Virus record (IMG/VR): IMGVR_UViG_3300030328_001736
Coordinates: 1 to 24,098 of that record
DNA from: a virus
Taxonomy: Duplodnaviria; Caudoviricetes
Length of the DNA: 24,098 nucleotides
Strand: one strand, 5' to 3'
Every line of letters starts with the position of its first letter. Positions within the stretch are counted from its first letter, which is position 1. A model generated the notes under the pieces. The model was not told the DNA's origin. It ran no database searches and saw nothing but the letters and a program-made list of their open reading frames with translations. This document shows, one piece after another, positions 1-6,175 of this stretch. Made by a program: the position numbers and the translations under genes.

Positions 1-285
1 AAAAACAATATTGTCTTTAAAACAGGATTAGTAAACAAGCCTAAAGATATGGATGATATGTGGGTATGTGATTATTGCGGTTCAGAAGAAGTTGAAGAAC
101 AAGCATGGGTCTATATGAATACAGGAAAAATAGTAGAAACAACAGGAAATGATATGTTTTGGTGTCCTACTTGCGAAGATGAAGCAACGCCATTAACATA
201 CTTTGATTGGTGTGAGAAGATTGCCGAAGAATGCGGAGGCAATAAAGATGAATATGATAAAATAACAGCAGGGAGTAGAATGTGA
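1..285 (+). CDS. Zn-ribbon protein (CxxC...CxxC), probably 5'-truncated by the window edge
   Basis: Frame 1 is open from base 1 (KNNIVFKTGLVNKPKDMDDM...), so the listed ATG at 49 may be internal. Contains WVCDYCGS and WCPTCED. Its stop overlaps the next GTG start (GTGA). Confidence 0.75.
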   Translation, partial: KNNIVFKTGLVNKPKDMDDMWVCDYCGSEEVEEQAWVYMNTGKIVETTGNDMFWCPTCEDEATPLTYFDWCEKIAEECGGNKDEYDKITAGSRM

Positions 286-791
286 CTAATAATCAATATA
301 AAACAGGACAAGTTGTAAGCTATATGATTAACGATGAATTGAAAAGCTATATGGAGAATCCATCAGCTACACACATATTACACGATATTGCAGCTCTTTG
401 TATATCACAAAGATTGAGAGATTATGCTGCAATGATATATTGGAGTATGTGTGAATTGAATGATAGGTCTTTTTGGATAACAAGAAAAGAGTTACACGAA
501 CCATTGCATTTGATAGATAACATATATATTTCTCACGATCATCAATCGTTTTCAGAAACAAAGGATAATATATATTATTATTTGAATCCCAAAGATGAGG
601 ATATATATGTATGCAATTATTGTGGTGGAACAGATGTAACTACCTCATCATACACTAATCCTAACTACTTAGGAGATACTGAATTAAGTGAAAATGATGA
701 TTACGATTCTTGTGGAAATTGTTACGAAGATATAGAGATTATAACTTTGAAAGAATGGAAAGAAAGGATTAAGAATGGTTCACCTAACTAA
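282..791 (+). CDS. Hypothetical protein with a C-terminal Zn ribbon paralogous to the upstream gene
   Basis: GTG start with GGGAG SD just upstream. Contains YVCNYCGG...SCGNCYED and overlaps both neighbours. Confidence 0.75.
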   Translation: MTNNQYKTGQVVSYMINDELKSYMENPSATHILHDIAALCISQRLRDYAAMIYWSMCELNDRSFWITRKELHEPLHLIDNIYISHDHQSFSETKDNIYYYLNPKDEDIYVCNYCGGTDVTTSSYTNPNYLGDTELSENDDYDSCGNCYEDIEIITLKEWKERIKNGSPN

Positions 792-1185
792 TAACGCTAG
801 AATACTAATAAACATAAAGAATCATATAAACAATTTAGAGCTAAAAGAACGAGAAAAGTCTTTACTAAGTGAAGACAAGTCTACAATTAATTTTAGCTCT
901 TATTGTTATGATTACAAAGAAAACCTATTGGATGACATTGCTGATAGGTTGGATGTTGGTGCTGAAAAGTATCACGAAGAAGTTCCTATTGATAAAGCTG
1001 ATGACAGTGAAAGAAATAATATTTACGAATCATATGAAGAATTATGTGATACGTTAGTTTATCTTTCAGCTGCTCTATTGAGAAAAAAGGAAGATTCAAA
1101 CAATGTTGATATGAAAGTAATAAACGAATTATTTCAAAACATATTAAGGTCAACTATCTTACTTATGGGAGAAATGTCGAAATAA
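775..1185 (+). CDS. All-alpha NTP-pyrophosphohydrolase-like (MazG/dUTPase superfamily) phage protein
   Basis: RLDVGAEKY...ESYEELCDTLVYL matches the GxxKY...EExxDxxxY pattern of small phage all-alpha NTP-PPases. AAAGGA SD upstream. Confidence 0.55.
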   Translation: MVHLTNNARILINIKNHINNLELKEREKSLLSEDKSTINFSSYCYDYKENLLDDIADRLDVGAEKYHEEVPIDKADDSERNNIYESYEELCDTLVYLSAALLRKKEDSNNVDMKVINELFQNILRSTILLMGEMSK

Positions 1186-1201
1186 ATAAAAGGAAATATA
1201 G

Positions 1202-1447
1202 ATGAGAAGCAAACACTATGAAGTTAAAATCTCAAAAGATAATACTATGCCAGAATCGGCAATAATATTAATGGAAATACTAACAATTAAACATTATACA
1301 GCATCAGTTGACGCAGAATTTTGGCCAAACTATCCAACAAAAGATGGATTAGATGAATATTGTAATAAATGTTTAAACAAACTAAAAAAGGACGGATTTA
1401 CGTGGGAAGTGAAAAGAGAGAAAGAACTACCGAAGTTAACTTTTTAG
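1202..1447 (+). CDS. Hypothetical protein, 81 aa
   Basis: ORF preceded by AAAGGAAATA SD and co-oriented within the early operon. Confidence 0.7.
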   Translation: MRSKHYEVKISKDNTMPESAIILMEILTIKHYTASVDAEFWPNYPTKDGLDEYCNKCLNKLKKDGFTWEVKREKELPKLTF

Positions 1448-1785
1448 ACCAACAAGTCGAAGTTAACAGAGTATGTCTTACAGAAAAATGGATGGTAGAA
1501 GCAGAAAAGGTTCTGCGAAACAGAAAAATAACAAACGTTTTCTGGCGAACCTGGGATGAAGAATATCCAGAAGAAGGAACTGGGTTAGTTATGGTTCTTG
1601 ACGATATGACTCATTGCTATTTAAGTTCAGATGATGAAGGAAATTCACCAGGTGCATTACATTGGTCAAACAATGAAGATTCAGGTATTATTCCAGTTGG
1701 AGTAGAAGACTTGAAGGAGCATTACGAAAGAATGGAATCAATTCGTATGGATAGGTCAGAAGTAAGAGCGATGTTAATTAAATAA
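1369..1785 (+). CDS. Conserved phage hypothetical protein (SxDDEGNxPGAL family); start may be GTG at 1402
   Basis: Motif LSSDDEGNSPGALH is recurrent in phage early genes. The in-frame GTG at 1402 has AAAGGA upstream and reduces the overlap with the previous gene. Confidence 0.7.
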   Translation: MFKQTKKGRIYVGSEKRERTTEVNFLDQQVEVNRVCLTEKWMVEAEKVLRNRKITNVFWRTWDEEYPEEGTGLVMVLDDMTHCYLSSDDEGNSPGALHWSNNEDSGIIPVGVEDLKEHYERMESIRMDRSEVRAMLIK

Positions 1786-1786
1786 A

Positions 1787-1843
1787 CATCGGTATCTTTT
1801 TCTTGTTGATTTATTTATAGTAAATGAATAAATTCATCGGTAT
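1787..1843. repeat. 9-bp direct repeat CATCGGTAT (x2) flanking the promoter; possible operator pair
   Basis: Exact copies at 1787-1795 and 1835-1843, relatively GC-rich within a very AT-rich gap. Confidence 0.7.
1806..1834 (+). promoter_or_regulatory. Sigma70-like promoter upstream of the replication operon
   Basis: TTGATT (1806-1811), a 17-nt spacer and TAAATT (1829-1834), in the only sizeable intergenic gap of the + operon. Confidence 0.55.
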
Positions 1844-1871
1844 TAATTAATATAACATAAAGGAAATAAAT

Positions 1872-2465
1872 ATGAAATTTAAAGGTAAAGAATACACCGA
1901 AGTTAAAGATCGTCTTATCGCATTTTCAGAAGAATATCCACAAGCAACTATACATACAGAGCTACTTGCACACGCTCCAATAAGTGATAGTGCTACTGGT
2001 GAATATTGTAATGAATATATAGTAAAGGCGATTGTAACACCAAACCCTCTACAAGAACCTGAAATATTTTACACAGGACACGCAGCTGAAAGAGACAATA
2101 CTGGATTTGTTAATAAAACAAGTGCATTAGAAAATTGTGAAACATCAGCAGTTGGTAGAGCGTTAGCTATTGCTGGATTTGGTGGAGAATTTTCTATAGC
2201 CTCGAAAGAAGAAGTAGAAAATGCTAAACTAAAACAGAAGGAAATAAAACCAACAATAAAATCATTAGAAGAAATTGACACTCTTGCAAAACAATGTAAA
2301 GAGAATGGAAGTCTAAATGAAGAAGGTTGGTTGAAATATACAAAACAAAGAAGTGCTGGATACTTTGACACTAAAGCAAGAGTTGAAATGACTAAAAACG
2401 CATTTATAACTTTACACGGCAGAGTTGAAAAAGAAAGCACAGATAAAGAAAAGGAGTCAAAATAA
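1872..2465 (+). CDS. Single-strand annealing protein / recombinase (Rad52/Sak-like)
   Basis: YTEVKDRL...TGHAAE...VNKTSALENCETSAVGRALAIAG...IASKEEV is the signature of a widespread phage SSAP family. It lies directly upstream of an SSB and has an AAAGGAAATA SD. Confidence 0.75.
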   Translation: MKFKGKEYTEVKDRLIAFSEEYPQATIHTELLAHAPISDSATGEYCNEYIVKAIVTPNPLQEPEIFYTGHAAERDNTGFVNKTSALENCETSAVGRALAIAGFGGEFSIASKEEVENAKLKQKEIKPTIKSLEEIDTLAKQCKENGSLNEEGWLKYTKQRSAGYFDTKARVEMTKNAFITLHGRVEKESTDKEKESK

Positions 2466-3025
2466 TGGCTATTACAGGTACAAAAGTCCCTCAACAAGGA
2501 CAAGGCACATTAAAAAACTACTTTGTTAATGATTGTAGAATTGACAGCATAGAGCTTGTTGATTCACCATATCATGACTGTAGTGTGCATTTAAGATTAA
2601 CTGATACTTCAAATGAGTATAATTATAACTTATTTGTAAATCAGAATTTCAAAAAAGATAAAGCTGGAGTCGTTCAAGAACTAGCTTATCCCGATAACCT
2701 AAATTTACTTTATTTACACACTGATTCAGACTTAAATGTTTCTGATAATGGAACTGTAAATATAGATGAACTTACTGGAAAAGAAATTGCAGTAATTAAT
2801 TATCTATCAAATGGTAAATATAAAAAACAAACTTGGCAAAGAGTTGGTTCTACAAAGGACCACGGAAGTTTAGCAGCAGAGTTTGAAAAGTCAGTTGGAG
2901 CTGGGTATCCTAAAGATTTCATTGGATACGAAAAAGCACAAGGACAGATATCAGCAAAACAAGTAGAAGAAATTCTAATTAATAAATCTGCTGAATCAAA
3001 GTCTGATGACGGGTTACCGTTTTAA
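2465..3025 (+). CDS. Single-stranded DNA-binding protein (phage type)
   Basis: Beta-rich core with an acidic C-terminal tail ending DDGLPF (SSB-Ct like). Located between the SSAP and the primase-helicase, with a TAATG overlap and AAGGAG SD. Confidence 0.65.
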   Translation: MAITGTKVPQQGQGTLKNYFVNDCRIDSIELVDSPYHDCSVHLRLTDTSNEYNYNLFVNQNFKKDKAGVVQELAYPDNLNLLYLHTDSDLNVSDNGTVNIDELTGKEIAVINYLSNGKYKKQTWQRVGSTKDHGSLAAEFEKSVGAGYPKDFIGYEKAQGQISAKQVEEILINKSAESKSDDGLPF

Positions 3026-3294
3026 TGACTGCTGAAAAGATAGTTATTAAATGGTTAACTAGTCGAGCTAACAGTTCAGAACCGTGGTTTTATTCATACA
3101 ACCTTGAAGCTGAAGTTCCTACATATGGAAGGTTGGCACATCAAAAGGTTCATACTGCAAGTACATATGCTAGAGCGTTTAGAAAGTTACGTGAAAACAA
3201 TACTTTAGAACGCTATGCATATAAACTTATTGAAATAACAGAAAATAAAAATAAAAAGGTTAAAGGATGGAAAATAGAGAAAATAGATTTGTAG
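3025..3294 (+). CDS. Small basic protein, probable winged helix-turn-helix DNA-binding protein
   Basis: TAATG coupling. A helix-like segment (ASTYARAFRKLRE) is followed by a beta-hairpin-like segment (YKLIEI...KGWKI). Confidence 0.5.
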   Translation: MTAEKIVIKWLTSRANSSEPWFYSYNLEAEVPTYGRLAHQKVHTASTYARAFRKLRENNTLERYAYKLIEITENKNKKVKGWKIEKIDL

Positions 3295-5075
3295 AATATG
3301 TAGAAAATAATATTTCAAACAGAAATAGTATTATACAACATAGTCTATATAGTCTAACAGAAAAATCTACTTCACTATCTAATAAAGAATCTTATCGTTC
3401 ATATTATTCATTCGACCAAAGTCTATACGACTATGTAGAAAAATATGGAACTGTTAAAAACTATGAAGGGTTAGTCTATGTAGATAGGCTAACTCTTGAC
3501 ATAGATAAACATACAATGAGCGATGAAGCTTTGTTAGAAACAGTAAAACAATGCGTAGAAGAAGTAGAAGCAATAGGAGTTAAAAGAAATCATATTAATT
3601 TATGGTTTAGTGGTAATGGATACCACGTAGAGTTACTTGATGTTTTCGGATTCCAACCAGCTAAAAATGTCCACGAAAAAGTAAAACATACTTTATCTAA
3701 ATTGTTTGAATTTGGAGATAGTATTTACGATAGAACTAGAATAATAAGGTCTAAGTGGAGTTGTAATCAAAAAACAAAACTTCATAAAGTTTACATTCCA
3801 ATTAAATATTTAGAAGATTTAACTTGGGAACAAATACATGAAGCTGCAAAATCAAAAGAATCTTACGAGTTCTTTGCAAATGAATATTCAAATTGGTTTG
3901 ATGAGCTAAATGGGCCAAACGTTGTTATTGAGCCTTACTTGCAACGCTTAATACTAGATTCTCCTTCTGTAATTAAAAAAACAATAAACAAAGTAGGTGA
4001 AACTAATTCTGTTGTAACTTGTATGCAACACGTATACAATCAAGGGCCAATAGAAGGTTCAAGACATCAAAAAGTTCTTAGGTTGGCTAGTAGTTATCAA
4101 AGGTCTGGAATGCCGTTCTTGGCTACTCTAGCAGCATTAGTTGAGTGGAATGGAGACAGTTTAAGTATTGATGATTTAACAAGAAGCGTAACAAACGTTT
4201 ATGAGCAAAATTATCAATATGGTTGCAATGATGTTATAATGAATGAATATTGTGATTCAAAATGTATATACTATAAAAATAGAAATTATACATTAGACGT
4301 AAAAGGTGTAGATGACCTTGAAGATCAATTTAAGATTTACATTCAAAACGACTTTTCAAAACGTTCAATCGATATGGCTGAAATATGGAAAGTTCCTTCA
4401 TTTGAATTTAAACCAGGAGAACTTGTAGTATTTTCAGGTGATACTGGTATGGGGAAAACAGCATTTGTTCAAAACATAGTAACAAAAGCTAAAAAAGATA
4501 CATTGTTTCTTTCATTAGAAATGCCTGAATATCTTACCTGGAGACGATTTGTACAAATTGCTACTGGTAAAAATAAAGAATGGGTTAATAATGCATATAC
4601 AAGCAACGATAAAACTTCTTTCAAAGAACTGTTAAGACATATTAAAATATTGTCTATACAGCCCGAGTTAGAAGCTATTAAGAAAATAGTTGCAGAAAAT
4701 GCTCCCAATGTTCTTGTAGTAGATACTACTGAAGATGTTCAAGTTCAGTATAAGCAAGGTATAGAGAAACAAAATGCTGTAATCGAAGGATTGAGAGATA
4801 TTGCAGCTAGAAACAATACTATAATATTTGCTATTCATCATATAAACAAATCAAGTGCTATGGGTGGAAACTTAGGTTTACATTCATTGAAAGGTTCGTC
4901 TAATGTTGTTCAAAAAGCAGATAAAGTAATCCTAATCAAAGGACATAGAGATGAGATGTATAGAAATGTTGAATCTGTTAAATCTAGAGATGAAGGAGCA
5001 TTCGAAATGCTTTCTATGTTCAATTATGAAACAATGACTTTTGAAAAAGTCGAACATGAAAGGCTACCAATATGA
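3267..5075 (+). CDS. Primase-helicase: AEP (prim-pol) domain + Cys-rich primase accessory domain + SF4 (DnaB/T7 gp4-like) helicase
   Basis: AEP motifs LTLDID (D78, D80), FSGNGYH (H120) and DSIYDRTRIIR. Cys at 252, 320, 329 and 333. Walker A GDTGMGKT (G391), Walker B VLVVD, H4-like LKGSSNVVQKAD and a KSR arginine-finger segment. Confidence 0.9.
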   Translation: MENRENRFVEYVENNISNRNSIIQHSLYSLTEKSTSLSNKESYRSYYSFDQSLYDYVEKYGTVKNYEGLVYVDRLTLDIDKHTMSDEALLETVKQCVEEVEAIGVKRNHINLWFSGNGYHVELLDVFGFQPAKNVHEKVKHTLSKLFEFGDSIYDRTRIIRSKWSCNQKTKLHKVYIPIKYLEDLTWEQIHEAAKSKESYEFFANEYSNWFDELNGPNVVIEPYLQRLILDSPSVIKKTINKVGETNSVVTCMQHVYNQGPIEGSRHQKVLRLASSYQRSGMPFLATLAALVEWNGDSLSIDDLTRSVTNVYEQNYQYGCNDVIMNEYCDSKCIYYKNRNYTLDVKGVDDLEDQFKIYIQNDFSKRSIDMAEIWKVPSFEFKPGELVVFSGDTGMGKTAFVQNIVTKAKKDTLFLSLEMPEYLTWRRFVQIATGKNKEWVNNAYTSNDKTSFKELLRHIKILSIQPELEAIKKIVAENAPNVLVVDTTEDVQVQYKQGIEKQNAVIEGLRDIAARNNTIIFAIHHINKSSAMGGNLGLHSLKGSSNVVQKADKVILIKGHRDEMYRNVESVKSRDEGAFEMLSMFNYETMTFEKVEHERLPI

Positions 5076-5266
5076 TAGATAATATTATTAAGGTTAGAAC
5101 CCTGAATGAAAAAGGCATAACAATGCAAAAGGTAATATTGTTTTTATTTATACACTTTGGAGTTGCATACTCTAGTATAAAAGGAGAACATTTATCTTTT
5201 AATTTTGGGTTTGGACCAATGGAATTTGAATGGAGTATACGCTTATGGCTCACAGAAACAAGGTAA
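5072..5266 (+). CDS. Hypothetical protein, 64 aa
   Basis: ATGA overlap with the primase-helicase stop; fills the gap to the resolvase. Confidence 0.6.
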   Translation: MIDNIIKVRTLNEKGITMQKVILFLFIHFGVAYSSIKGEHLSFNFGFGPMEFEWSIRLWLTETR

Positions 5267-5589
5267 GAGGAAACAACCTTGAGAGGGAATGCGTAAACCT
5301 AGCTAAAGAAGAAGGGCTCTCAGCAAAGAGAGCCTATGCTTCTGATGGTAGAGCTTTAGGCAAATCTGAAAAGGTTGATTGTATGGTTGAAGAATACTGC
5401 ATACAGGCTAAAAGAAGAAAAAAAATAGCCCAATGGTTATATCCAGATAATCACGCTGAAGATGTGGACATCGTAGTAACAAGGATGGATAGAAAAGAGG
5501 CGTTAGCAGTATTACCATACAAAGAATGGATAAGATTAATTAAGATAGAAAAGGAGTATGAGAATGGCAAGAGCAAGCCTAACAAGTAA
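5245..5589 (+). CDS. Holliday junction resolvase (Hjc-like PD-(D/E)xK nuclease)
   Basis: NKVRGNNLERECV...KVD...CIQAKRRK fits the Hjc G-x-x-x-E-R-E, D and (E/Q)xK pattern. Start moved to ATG 5245 because GGAG lies 9 nt upstream. Confidence 0.75.
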   Translation: MAHRNKVRGNNLERECVNLAKEEGLSAKRAYASDGRALGKSEKVDCMVEEYCIQAKRRKKIAQWLYPDNHAEDVDIVVTRMDRKEALAVLPYKEWIRLIKIEKEYENGKSKPNK

Positions 5590-5797
5590 AGAAATAGCAG
5601 AGCTTATGAAAGGATTGTCTCAACTTATATCAGTGCAACGAATAGTTAAGAATCTAGATGTAGAAACATTAACAGATGTAATATATAAGTTTGAAAACGC
5701 TGGGAAGTCAGATAAAGAGATAATACGAGAATCAGAAGATTCATACGATACATTTGCACAACCACGTGTAGGGAACTGCGAGTGTTGCGATGATTAA
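5564..5797 (+). CDS. Hypothetical protein with C-terminal CECCDD
   Basis: AAGGAG SD at 5551-5556 fits ATG 5564 better than ATG 5558. Confidence 0.7.
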   Translation: MARASLTSKEIAELMKGLSQLISVQRIVKNLDVETLTDVIYKFENAGKSDKEIIRESEDSYDTFAQPRVGNCECCDD

Positions 5798-5939
5798 ATT
5801 TACGAATGAAGAACTTTTGATTATACGATCTGCACTATTGAACTTTAAAAAAGCACCGTTTGTATCTAATGAAGAACAAATGGTAATCAAAAGAATAATA
5901 GAAAATATATTTAATAATCTATTTAAAGAAGAAAAGTAA
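5790..5939 (+). CDS. Small hypothetical protein, 49 aa (MIKFTNEELLIIRSALL...FKEEK), not in the ORF track
   Basis: ATG overlaps the end of the previous gene, the frame is open to TAA 5937-5939, and it ends exactly where the structured intergenic region begins. Confidence 0.6.
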   Translation: MIKFTNEELLIIRSALLNFKKAPFVSNEEQMVIKRIIENIFNNLFKEEK

Positions 5940-5941
5940 AA

Positions 5942-6058
5942 TTATTCCCCTTTGAAATAAGGCTTAAAAGGAGTCTTGTAGGTTAAAACCCTACCTTACC
6001 CTATAAAAAGCTTTCATAAAGTTATTGGTTGGCACTATATAACAAAAAAGGGGAATAA
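5942..6058 (+). other. Multi-stem structure closed by a perfect 12-bp inverted repeat (possible terminator, structured RNA or DNA cruciform)
   Basis: TTATTCCCCTTT (5942-5953) pairs with AAAGGGGAATAA (6047-6058). Internal hairpins at 5959-5977, 5978-5994 and 6021-6043. Confidence 0.55.
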
Positions 6059-6100
6059 AATTAAAATTACTGAAAAAAAGATTGCGAGAATAGGTCTTAA

Positions 6101-6175
6101 AGGCGTTAAAATAATATAATTGATATCACTATAGGCTAAACAAAGATAGTTTCGTCAGATATTGTTTTAACGTCT
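6101..6175 (+). terminator. Long imperfect hairpin at the convergence of the two operons (putative terminator or 3' end structure)
   Basis: AGGCGTTAAAATAATAT (6101-6117) pairs with ATATTGTTTTAACGTCT (6159-6175), 17 bp with two G-U pairs, extended inward by TGAT/GTCA and ACTAT/ATAGT. It abuts the stop codon of the giant gene. Confidence 0.5.

Noticed and set aside
1431-1467. 10-bp direct repeat CGAAGTTAAC at 1431-1440 and 1458-1467
   Set aside because: Only two copies, in frame within coding sequence (EVN twice). This is not a CRISPR array and there is no mobile element between them; likely a small duplication or chance.
111-5253. Minus-strand ORFs 111-311, 367-561, 2069-2503, 4469-4708 and 5020-5253, and nested + ORF 869-1057
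   Set aside because: They lie over better-supported genes that have SD sites and recognisable motifs.
3267-5589. Archaeal host suggested by the AEP/PriL-like primase and Hjc-like resolvase
   Set aside because: Both families occur in bacteriophages, and the lytic transglycosylase, DDxLPF SSB tail and sigma70-like promoter point to a bacterial host.
5942-6058. tRNA or hammerhead ribozyme reading of the branched structure
   Set aside because: No T-loop GTTC, D-loop or CCA end, and no CUGANGA/GAAA core on either strand that I could see.
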